Below are positions 16,779-24,094 of a stretch of DNA of 25,846 nt, piece by piece (the first letter of the stretch is position 1; every line of letters starts with the position of its first letter). The DNA lies in the IMG/VR virus record IMGVR_UViG_3300037234_000959. One strand, 5' to 3'. The notes below the pieces were generated by a model. The model saw nothing but the letters and a program-made list of their open reading frames with translations, made no database searches and was not told the DNA's origin. Both the position numbers and the translations under genes were made by a program. This DNA is from an uncultured virus (IMG/VR IMGVR_UViG_3300037234_000959). Lineage: Duplodnaviria > Heunggongvirae > Uroviricota > Caudoviricetes.

Positions 16779-16811
16779 TTATTTTAAATGTTTTTTATTA
16801 TTTGTTTTCAA
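16779..16811 (-). other. Putative leader peptide or gene remnant, MKTNNKKHLK
   Basis: AAGGAG-atatc-TTG start; the stop lies immediately before the terminator stem. Confidence 0.45.
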
Positions 16812-16871
16812 GATATCTCCTTTAAAAGGCGGGAACCCTTTATTTTCAGGCTCCATAACTAAGCTATAACA

Positions 16872-16901
16872 CTTATACTAAATCTCGCCACAGCAAGTCA
16901 A
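16872..16901 (-). promoter_or_regulatory. Leftward sigma70-like promoter
   Basis: TTGACT-18 nt-TATAAG with an AT-rich upstream tract. Confidence 0.55.
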
Positions 16902-16953
16902 GACTTTTTTAATTTATTCTATTATAGTTTTTTTCAGGAAGATTATTTTTTTC

Positions 16954-16983
16954 TTGACTCAATCAACTTTGTGTTGTTATGGT
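16954..16983 (+). promoter_or_regulatory. Rightward sigma70-like promoter with extended -10
   Basis: TTGACT-18 nt-TATGGT with TG at the extended -10 position; T-rich UP-like tract upstream. Confidence 0.6.
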
Positions 16984-16989
16984 TGGGAC

Positions 16990-17280
16990 ATGAAAACTCA
17001 TATACTGCAAAAATGGTTAGTTGACAACAAGCCACAAAATCTAGGATTAACGGAGTGGAAAAATACTTTTGCTCGGGATATCAACATCACAAAATCTTTC
17101 CTTGATATGGTAATAACGGGCAAGAGGGCTTTTAAGTGGCCTCAGACTGTGAACAAGATAATTTTTGCTACTGGTGGAGCCATAACAACTGGTGACCTAA
17201 GGCCTGATATCGTTGAGGCTATTGTATCGAATGCTTCTTTAATAAAAGAGGTAAATGAAAAAGCAAAGGAACCGAATTAA
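16990..17280 (+). CDS. Cro/YdaS-like HTH transcriptional regulator
   Basis: FARDINITKSFLDMVITGKR HTH and ATGGAITTGDLRPDI, a YdaS/Cro-like C-terminal motif; first gene of the rightward arm. Confidence 0.8.
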   Translation: MKTHILQKWLVDNKPQNLGLTEWKNTFARDINITKSFLDMVITGKRAFKWPQTVNKIIFATGGAITTGDLRPDIVEAIVSNASLIKEVNEKAKEPN

Positions 17281-17297
17281 CCTGAGAGGTTAACGAA

Positions 17298-17630
17298 ATG
17301 TACCTGATTACTCTTTTATCCTGGCTCAACCCGATTAAAGAAATTAAGGATGGGCTACCCGACATTATAGATATCCTGGAAGAGATCGACCATGGTGAAT
17401 TTGATAAGGCGCTCACAGACATGCTCCATCTGCCAGGCAATAAAGAAAAGCAGGTCATTGAGTTAAAAATAGAGCTTGCCGAATCATTACATAAAAAAAT
17501 TCATGATTGCGTTGATCCTTTATGGCCAGAGAAACCACAAAAAATAAGAATACCGAAGTTTCGCTTGGTCGTAGCAATGATCTCAATGGTTGCAGTTTTT
17601 ATTATATCAACGGGAGTAGTTTATGGATGA
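17298..17630 (+). CDS. Hypothetical protein with C-terminal transmembrane helix
   Basis: GAGGT RBS; LVVAMISMVAVFIISTGVVYG tail. Confidence 0.7.
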   Translation: MYLITLLSWLNPIKEIKDGLPDIIDILEEIDHGEFDKALTDMLHLPGNKEKQVIELKIELAESLHKKIHDCVDPLWPEKPQKIRIPKFRLVVAMISMVAVFIISTGVVYG

Positions 17631-17775
17631 GAAAGAGAAGGTCGTAACGACACCAATTCAGATCACTTGTGCTTACCATAAGGATGGAAAAGAGGAAACA
17701 ACGATTATTGAAGCTTCGAGTTATTTTAATCCCAGAGATCCTATTTGTGATGCTTGTCAGGCCTGTCGGAGGTAA
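17623..17775 (+). CDS. Small Cys/His-containing protein (50 aa), absent from the ORF track
   Basis: MDEKEKVVTTPIQITCAYHKDGKEETTIIEASSYFNPRDPICDACQACRR; GGGAG RBS; fills the intergenic gap. Confidence 0.7.
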   Translation: MDEKEKVVTTPIQITCAYHKDGKEETTIIEASSYFNPRDPICDACQACRR

Positions 17776-17781
17776 CGGTTT

Positions 17782-18246
17782 ATGAGAAATATGAGTTTCG
17801 CGCTTACAACCAGACAATACAGAGAAAGAACAAAAACAGTTACACGTCGCGATGCATGGAGGTTCCTAAAACCAGGTGACAGGTTTATGGGAGTTGAGAA
17901 GGCTATGGGGCTCAAGAGAGGTGAAAAGATCGTCAAGATAGAACCAGCCATCGTTTTATCTGTAAGAGAAGAGCCCTTAAAGTCGATCACTCAGGAAGAT
18001 GTTATCAGGGAAGGTTTCCCAGACTGGACCCCTCAGCAATTTATAGATTTTCTTTGTAAAGAGAATGGTTGCACGCCAGAAAAGATGTTTAACCGGATTG
18101 AGTTTGAATATGAGGATATCTATAAAAAGGCGGCTGAAATAATTAAAGAGAATAGCAACTACAGTGTCACGTTATTACAAAAAGAGCTAAAAACTAACTA
18201 CAACCGCTCTTTTCTACTTATCATAGCCATAACCAGCGGCGATTAA
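17782..18246 (+). CDS. ASCH-domain protein with C-terminal FtsK-gamma-like helix bundle
   Basis: MSFALT...KTVTRR...LKPGD...ITQEDVIREGFP...RIEF (ASCH), followed by DIYKKAAEII...SVTLLQKELKTNYNRS. Confidence 0.8.
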   Translation: MRNMSFALTTRQYRERTKTVTRRDAWRFLKPGDRFMGVEKAMGLKRGEKIVKIEPAIVLSVREEPLKSITQEDVIREGFPDWTPQQFIDFLCKENGCTPEKMFNRIEFEYEDIYKKAAEIIKENSNYSVTLLQKELKTNYNRSFLLIIAITSGD

Positions 18247-18270
18247 AACTTTGAACGAGGAGATTTTATT

Positions 18271-18603
18271 ATGAGAGACAAAGACAAGGGCAGGCAAAAA
18301 GACGGCGTAACAGCCGTCTGCGTTGATGAAGTGGTTAGCGAGTTTTCTGTGCTGGAACTTAGTAAGTGCGGGAAGCCATTTGCGGTTATTTCTTCAAAAG
18401 GTGAACTGGAAAAATTTGATAATGTTTTATGTAGAGAAGCAGCAAAGGAATTTGATGAAGCTGGTTTAGGCGTGAAAGAAGAATACCAATGTTGGGCAAA
18501 GCTAATAGTTCTGATCCTCGATGTTGCGGGATCAGAGGTAGATCACATTGTGAAAGCTGGTGGTGGCACACAAGGTGATTTGATTCGGGCTGTTTCTCGC
18601 TAA
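18271..18603 (+). CDS. Hypothetical protein (110 aa)
   Basis: GAGGAG RBS. Confidence 0.75.
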   Translation: MRDKDKGRQKDGVTAVCVDEVVSEFSVLELSKCGKPFAVISSKGELEKFDNVLCREAAKEFDEAGLGVKEEYQCWAKLIVLILDVAGSEVDHIVKAGGGTQGDLIRAVSR

Positions 18604-18635
18604 CAATATAATAGAAAGAGAAAGGGGGTAACTAT

Positions 18636-19436
18636 ATGTTAAAGCCAGACACAAAAAGACTCAAAAAAGGTTTATGGTGGCAAAAAAACTGGGGCATACT
18701 GGAAGGCTGCACTAAGGTTTCTCCAGGGTGCAGATCCTGCTTTGCTGAAGATTACGCCAGGCGGTTTGCTACCACCCTCCCCTACCTTAAGGGTCTAACA
18801 GACCAAGACGGACACTGGACAGGCAAGGTTAATCTCAGGCCTGAATTATTAGACCTTCCGCTTAAAACTAAGACGCCTGCAGTCTGGTTTGTGGCCGAAA
18901 GGAGCGACCTATTCCACGAGGACGTTCCTGATTATTTTATACATGACGCCCTTAATGCGATCGGCACTGCCAGTCATCATACCTTCCTCTTGCTCACTAA
19001 AAGGCCCGACAGGATGGCCGAGGTACTGCGCGACCATTACGAGAGCGCTTTGATCAACCCCTATACAAATCTATGGGTAGGAACGACTTCCGAGAACCAG
19101 GAACAATTCAATAAAAGAGGCTCCTTTCTGGAGCAAACACCAGCAGCGTACCGTTTTATAAGTATTGAACCGATGCTGGAAGAAATCAACATCACAAGAT
19201 ATCTACCTAACCGAGGGCGAACATACAGCCACGGCTTTGGACCTATTGTTTGGGTGATCTGCGGCTGTGAGTCGGGTAAAAAGGCACGCCCAATGCGGCA
19301 AGAATGGTCCTTGTCGCTAATGAAACAATGCAGGGGGACAGGTGCAGCCTTCTTTCTTAAGCAGATAGTTATTGACGGGAAAATGGTAAAAGCACCTGAA
19401 CTTAACGGAAAACAATATCTGGAATGGCCGGAATGA
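18636..19436 (+). CDS. Phage Gp37/Gp68 (DUF5131) family protein, radical-SAM-like
   Basis: GCTKVSPGCRSCFAE, SDLFHEDVP, LLTKRPDRM, FISIEPML, WVICGCESG, FFLKQ. Confidence 0.93.
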   Translation: MLKPDTKRLKKGLWWQKNWGILEGCTKVSPGCRSCFAEDYARRFATTLPYLKGLTDQDGHWTGKVNLRPELLDLPLKTKTPAVWFVAERSDLFHEDVPDYFIHDALNAIGTASHHTFLLLTKRPDRMAEVLRDHYESALINPYTNLWVGTTSENQEQFNKRGSFLEQTPAAYRFISIEPMLEEINITRYLPNRGRTYSHGFGPIVWVICGCESGKKARPMRQEWSLSLMKQCRGTGAAFFLKQIVIDGKMVKAPELNGKQYLEWPE

Positions 19437-19440
19437 ATAA

Positions 19441-19818
19441 ATGAAAAAAGAAATTAGAAAGCAAGTGCATGAAAAATGCGATGGCCGCTGCGCCTACTGC
19501 GGAGATCAAATCACTTTAAAAACAATGCAAGTTGACCACATTAGGGCGAAAAGAATATTTAATTTCGGAGCAGGGGGCGACATCCCTGACTATGATGTTG
19601 ATGATATGAGAAACCTCAATCCGAGTTGCCGCCCGTGTAATAATTTGAAACATTGGTATACGGTTGAACAGTTTCGCGACATTATAGAGAGCCAAGTTGG
19701 AAAGGCCAGGCGTTATTCAGTAAATTTCAGGACGGCAGAAAGATTCGGCCTTATTCAGACGGAAGAAAGGCCTATAGTTTTTTACTTTGAAAAGCACACA
19801 TTAGCAGATAACCACTGA
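19441..19818 (+). CDS. HNH endonuclease
   Basis: GRCAYCG...MQVDH...NLNPSCRPCNNLK. Confidence 0.92.
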   Translation: MKKEIRKQVHEKCDGRCAYCGDQITLKTMQVDHIRAKRIFNFGAGGDIPDYDVDDMRNLNPSCRPCNNLKHWYTVEQFRDIIESQVGKARRYSVNFRTAERFGLIQTEERPIVFYFEKHTLADNH

Positions 19819-19844
19819 CGAGGGCCGAAACATCCTTCTTAATT

Positions 19845-19872
19845 GCTCCCTCTTACGGGGGAGCCTTTTTTT
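19845..19872 (+). terminator. Rho-independent terminator upstream of the replication genes
   Basis: GCTCCCTC-TTAC-GGGGGAGC followed by C and T7. Confidence 0.8.
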
Positions 19873-19904
19873 AACCTTAGTATATCTTACGGAAAACGGT
19901 AGTT

Positions 19905-20861
19905 ATGGCAAAAACAGAGAAAGCACCTGCATTTCAATTCTACCCTAAGGACTACCTGTCTGACATAAACGTCCAACTAATGACACTGGAAGAGAGGGGG
20001 GCCTACCTCCAACTTATGTGCCATGAGTGGGAAGAGAAGGGCCTACCAAACGACGATGACGATCTCTCTATACTATCTGGGTTAGGCGAGAAATGGTTTG
20101 AAAAAAGCGGTGGGAAAATTAAGAAATGTTTCACCTTAAAGAAAGATAAATTAATCCATCCGCGACTTGAAAAAGAGAGAAAAAAACAGAAAATCAGGCG
20201 AGATGTAATGGTTAAAGCAAGCAAGAAAGGCCATGAAGCCAGATGGGGCAAGAAGAATACAGGAAATAAACAAAATGCCTCAGGGCATGCGGAAGGCATG
20301 CCTCAAAGCAACCCAAAAGATGCCTCTTCATCTTCTACTTCATCTTCTACTTCTACTATAGAGAAAGAAGATAAAACCCTTTCTCTTTCCTCTGGCGAGG
20401 GAAAAAAACAGGAAAAAGATATTTCTAACGAAATAGATATTTTCTTTAAAGCATGGAACGAGGTAGCAACTCAATCTAATTTGATCTCAGCACGCGAACT
20501 GACTCCAGACCGTAGAAAGAAAATCAATACTCGCTTACGTGAACGCCCCTTTGAGGAGTGGAAAGAAATATTTAATATTACGGGAAAAACTACCTTCCTC
20601 AATGGAGTTAATCAGGATGGTTGGCAAGCAAGCTTCGACTGGATAATTAAAAATACCGGCAATGGGCTTAAGGTTCTGGAGGGCAAGTATAAAAAGCTTA
20701 TGGATTATTTCATAACTAAAGAAATAGCAAATCAGATTATTGCAACAAAAACAGGAGCGCGTAATGAAAATGGAAAAGGGCTCAGGAGACCAAAAGAAGA
20801 AGCTGGTAGCAGTGGGAAGCATACTCTCGGGGAAAAAGCAGTCAGTTGGGATATGTCCTAA
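19905..20861 (+). CDS. Phage replication initiator (DUF1376/YdaU-like N-terminus)
   Basis: PAFQFYPKDYLSD...LEERGAYLQLM; low-complexity linker; C-terminal WQASFDWII...KVLEGKY; followed by a DnaC-like gene. Confidence 0.85.
   Translation: MAKTEKAPAFQFYPKDYLSDINVQLMTLEERGAYLQLMCHEWEEKGLPNDDDDLSILSGLGEKWFEKSGGKIKKCFTLKKDKLIHPRLEKERKKQKIRRDVMVKASKKGHEARWGKKNTGNKQNASGHAEGMPQSNPKDASSSSTSSSTSTIEKEDKTLSLSSGEGKKQEKDISNEIDIFFKAWNEVATQSNLISARELTPDRRKKINTRLRERPFEEWKEIFNITGKTTFLNGVNQDGWQASFDWIIKNTGNGLKVLEGKYKKLMDYFITKEIANQIIATKTGARNENGKGLRRPKEEAGSSGKHTLGEKAVSWDMS
20275..20357 (+). repeat. Iteron-like repeats inside the initiator gene (candidate origin)
   Basis: ATGCCTC at 20275, 20298 and 20320; GGCATGC twice, 11 bp apart; then tandem CTTCATCTTCTA repeats. 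Confidence 0.55.
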
Positions 20862-21570
20862 ACATGAACTCCAGTTAATGCCTTCGATTGGAGGAATGAC
20901 TATTGAACATTGCCCTAAGTGTGTCGAAGAAATGACTGATGAACATGAGTTTAAGAAACTATTAGCAAGACAGGAAGAGAGAAAGAAGTCCGCTCTCAAA
21001 AAAGCCTTCAACGGCATACGGATAGGCAAGAGGTTTAAGGATGCCATTTTTGAAGATTATGAAGAGGTCTGTCCCGATGCTGGAAAAGTGAAGTCTGCCT
21101 GCATGAAATATGCAGCTACATTTCACGACCGACTGAAAGCAGGAGACGGGCTAATATTCTCCGGCAATATAGGAACCGGGAAAAATATGCTGGCCGCCTG
21201 TATCGCCAAGGCTTCCGTTGAGGCCGGATTTACTTCTCTCCATACCACTGTTCTAAAGATGGTTCGCCAAGTTAAAAGAACCTGGAACACGAAAGAGTGT
21301 GAGCAAGAGGCCATAGATAAATTTTCCGAGCCGGATCTGCTCATTATCAACGAGATAGGAATACAGTTCGAATCAAAGACAGAGGAGCTTTACCTGTCAG
21401 AGATTATTGACGACCGTTATGAGGCAATGAAGGCAACAATACTTATTTCAAATTTCCAAGAGACCGAGCTTAGCGATATCCTCGGGCCGAGGATCATTGA
21501 TAGATATTACGAAGGTGGAAGTCGCTTATTAAGATTTACCTGGGGTAGTCACCGGAGAAGGAGCGCATGA
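20764..21570 (+). CDS. DnaC/IstB-like ATPase (helicase loader)
   Basis: CPKH...CPKC Zn motif, GNIGTGKNMLA (Walker A), PDLLIINEIG (Walker B variant), IIDDRY, ILISN, GPRIIDR; GGAG RBS at the ATG at 20764. Confidence 0.9.
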   Translation: MKMEKGSGDQKKKLVAVGSILSGKKQSVGICPKHELQLMPSIGGMTIEHCPKCVEEMTDEHEFKKLLARQEERKKSALKKAFNGIRIGKRFKDAIFEDYEEVCPDAGKVKSACMKYAATFHDRLKAGDGLIFSGNIGTGKNMLAACIAKASVEAGFTSLHTTVLKMVRQVKRTWNTKECEQEAIDKFSEPDLLIINEIGIQFESKTEELYLSEIIDDRYEAMKATILISNFQETELSDILGPRIIDRYYEGGSRLLRFTWGSHRRRSA

Positions 21571-21749
21571 CTGTTTACAGAGAAGGAGATGAAGGAAAGA
21601 GGATGAATGTGGTTTCTCTCCTCAGTGCAGTAGAAGCAACAGGACTATATGGCTATGGGGATATGGACACCAGGAAAAGAAGATTGATTGACGGGGAAAT
21701 ATTGGTTGGGGAAGGTGGATCTTATTTTGTGAGGAAAGAGGATGAATAA
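21567..21749 (+). CDS. Hypothetical protein (60 aa)
   Basis: ATGA overlap with the upstream gene; AAGGAG RBS. Confidence 0.65.
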   Translation: MTVYREGDEGKRMNVVSLLSAVEATGLYGYGDMDTRKRRLIDGEILVGEGGSYFVRKEDE

Positions 21750-22254
21750 GAAGAAAATAATTGTCGTTGGAGAACCCCCTATGTTAACTCAGCTGATTAT
21801 GACACCGGGCTTTGAGTATAAAGACATTTTTTGCTTAGATGATATTAGAGGGTCCCTACCTATCTTGTTACCTCCTGAAATTAATATGAATGAGATCACA
21901 AGGCCATTCGTTTATGACCAGGCCGGAACATGTTGCGCCGCAATTCCTGAGGTCAATATAAATGAGATGATAGAGACGTTTAAAGACCTTTCTCTTGACC
22001 TTAACCCGAAAAACCTTGTTGCCCGTGATGCCTTCAGCTTTCAGGTCAAGTTCCCCAGAAGTAAGAAAAATAGGGTCAGGAAAAAGTGGGCGAAAAGGCC
22101 TGAAAATTATTCTGATGATATCTCTTTTGGCTTCGGGAACAACATAGTGGGGCATAGTAGGCTGATAAATCAGTTTACAAGGTATATGGAATTTACAACC
22201 AAGCAGGCCGTGAAAGAAGGTTTTGGGTTTCCTGGATATGGGCTGTTTAGGTAG
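21742..22254 (+). CDS. Hypothetical protein (170 aa)
   Basis: Overlaps the upstream stop; basic FPRSKKNRVRKKWAKRPENY motif. Confidence 0.7.
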   Translation: MNKKKIIVVGEPPMLTQLIMTPGFEYKDIFCLDDIRGSLPILLPPEINMNEITRPFVYDQAGTCCAAIPEVNINEMIETFKDLSLDLNPKNLVARDAFSFQVKFPRSKKNRVRKKWAKRPENYSDDISFGFGNNIVGHSRLINQFTRYMEFTTKQAVKEGFGFPGYGLFR

Positions 22255-22672
22255 TAAGGCCTGTAAAACTTGCGACGATGGTTCCGGGTACCTCTGGGAT
22301 TCTCTCAATGCCTGTCCGGACTGTGACAAAGGGAAAGAGATTCAGCACGGATATGATAAAGAAAAGCTGAAGTACATCGAACAAAGAGCTCGAACGTTGC
22401 GGAAAAAAATCAAGGCATACAAGGAGAAAGCTGTGAATAGTGACGTGCTCAATGAAGTCGTAACCGTTAAAGGAAAGAAGCTTTTCGAATTTACCAACTT
22501 CAATGACTGGGTAAATACAGCCCAACGTAAATTTGGAACTGTAAACCTAAGATCGAACCAATATCTCTGTGTCGACACGCAAGGAAATGTCTGTACTAAA
22601 GGGAAGGAATTCCACACAGCAAGAGACAATGGATGGTTTCCTGTGACCGTCTACCAGGTCGTTATTTTATAA
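22238..22672 (+). CDS. Hypothetical protein with N-terminal CxxC...CxxC; possible internal start
   Basis: ATG at 22238 overlaps the end of the upstream gene; in-frame AAGGAG-N6-GTG at 22433. Confidence 0.65.
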   Translation: MGCLGSKACKTCDDGSGYLWDSLNACPDCDKGKEIQHGYDKEKLKYIEQRARTLRKKIKAYKEKAVNSDVLNEVVTVKGKKLFEFTNFNDWVNTAQRKFGTVNLRSNQYLCVDTQGNVCTKGKEFHTARDNGWFPVTVYQVVIL

Positions 22673-22689
22673 ATAAAGGGAAAAGGAAA

Positions 22690-23160
22690 GTGCTCGATAA
22701 AAAAATACTAGATGTTTGTTGTGGTAGTCGGATGTTCTGGTTTAATAAAGAGCATGACGATGTGCTTTTCGGAGACATCAGAAATGAAGAACATACTCTA
22801 TGTGATGGGAGGGGATTAAAAATTAACCCTGACATGGAAATAGACTTTACTGATCTGCCATTTGATGCCGGTGCTTTTTCGCTGGTTGTTTTTGATCCAC
22901 CACACCTAGAAAGATGTGGAGTTAATAACTGGATGTTCAAGAAGTACGGAGTTTTAAGCTCATCATGGAGAGACGATATAAAAATGGGCTTCAGTGAGTG
23001 TTTTAGGGTGTTAAAAAAAGACGGAATACTGATTTTCAAGTGGAATGAAATTCAAATTAAAACCAGTGAAATATTGAAACTTACAGACGTAAAACCGTTA
23101 TTTGGGCATTTATCAGGTAAGCGTTCGGATACTCACTGGATATGTTTTATGAACAGCTAG
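22690..23160 (+). CDS. Small class I SAM-dependent (probably DNA amino-) methyltransferase
   Basis: ILDVCCGSRMFWF (motif I), VVFDPPH (motif IV), GFSECFRVLK; GTG start with AAGGA RBS. Confidence 0.88.
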   Translation: MLDKKILDVCCGSRMFWFNKEHDDVLFGDIRNEEHTLCDGRGLKINPDMEIDFTDLPFDAGAFSLVVFDPPHLERCGVNNWMFKKYGVLSSSWRDDIKMGFSECFRVLKKDGILIFKWNEIQIKTSEILKLTDVKPLFGHLSGKRSDTHWICFMNS

Positions 23161-23178
23161 ATAGACAGGAGCAATCAA

Positions 23179-23580
23179 ATGGATACTTTAGTAAAAATTA
23201 CAGATAAAAATCATGCTCTCTACGGGAAGACCCTCCCCGGCAGTCTCATTTATCATGATATTCATCACACTGGTAATGGGCCCGATTTATACGTTGTTTT
23301 ATCTAATGAAAAATCTCATCGATTATTAAGTACACAAATTGATGAAGACCACTACCGGGCGCAATTAATGGCGGAACAAGTAGCACGTCTTGGCGCAAAA
23401 GAAGGTGATACGGTTTTGATCACTAGGGGAGGGAGTGGATCTTATTGTCATGGATGGGATAGCGATAAGCCTCATAAGATCACCGTGATTGATTTTACAG
23501 GACATGTTCAGTTTGACGGAGGGATTGTTAAAAACGGGGCTTCAATATTCCGTCCGGAAGTAAAGCTTGTGGATCAATAG
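23179..23580 (+). CDS. Hypothetical protein (133 aa)
   Basis: AGGAG RBS. Confidence 0.75.
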   Translation: MDTLVKITDKNHALYGKTLPGSLIYHDIHHTGNGPDLYVVLSNEKSHRLLSTQIDEDHYRAQLMAEQVARLGAKEGDTVLITRGGSGSYCHGWDSDKPHKITVIDFTGHVQFDGGIVKNGASIFRPEVKLVDQ

Positions 23581-23589
23581 CCATATTTT

Positions 23590-24087
23590 ATGAATTGCGA
23601 GTTTGGCCGAACATACAACCCTGAACACCGCTCTTGTATCTCATGTAAAGCGCAGGGGGTCAGTACCTGTAATACCAAGAAGAAAAAAACGAGGCATGAA
23701 AACTTCCAGGCCTACAATAAGGGCAAGGTCCTTATTTGCACAAAGGATCTTAGATCCCCTAACGACTGGACGAATAAGGAGTTTGGAAAGAGGATCTACC
23801 AGGGCGAGAAGCGAGCCTGGAAGAAAATGTTTATGGGAACGATTTTCCTCTGGGGGAGAGCTACTGGAAAGCGCCGGCTGAAGGTCACTAGGTATGTTGC
23901 GCAAAAAGGTCACTTCATGAAGGACCGGACAAACATCGAAGGGTCTATGAAGCCGCTTGAGGATGCACTTACTGAAGAAGGGGTGCTCCTGGATGACGAA
24001 ATGGCTCTCATGGAAAGGGAGTCGCCAAGGCAGATCGTGGATGCTGTATTCCCCCGGGTAGAGATAGAGGTTGAGGATATAGTATGA
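23590..24087 (+). CDS. RusA-like Holliday junction resolvase
   Basis: SPN...KDRTNIEGSMKPLEDALTEEGVLLDD...PRVEIEVE resembles the RusA DxxN...K...DAL...G...DD pattern. Confidence 0.7.
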   Translation: MNCEFGRTYNPEHRSCISCKAQGVSTCNTKKKKTRHENFQAYNKGKVLICTKDLRSPNDWTNKEFGKRIYQGEKRAWKKMFMGTIFLWGRATGKRRLKVTRYVAQKGHFMKDRTNIEGSMKPLEDALTEEGVLLDDEMALMERESPRQIVDAVFPRVEIEVEDIV

Positions 24088-24094
24088 GGTTTTT

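Noticed and set aside
19815..19831. CTGACGAG-GGC-CGAAAC resembles a hammerhead ribozyme core (CUGANGA...GAAA)
   Set aside because: I could not find complementary strands for stems I and III with a correctly placed NUH site, stem II would be only 1 bp, and the TGA is the HNH stop codon. An Infernal search with hammerhead models would settle it.
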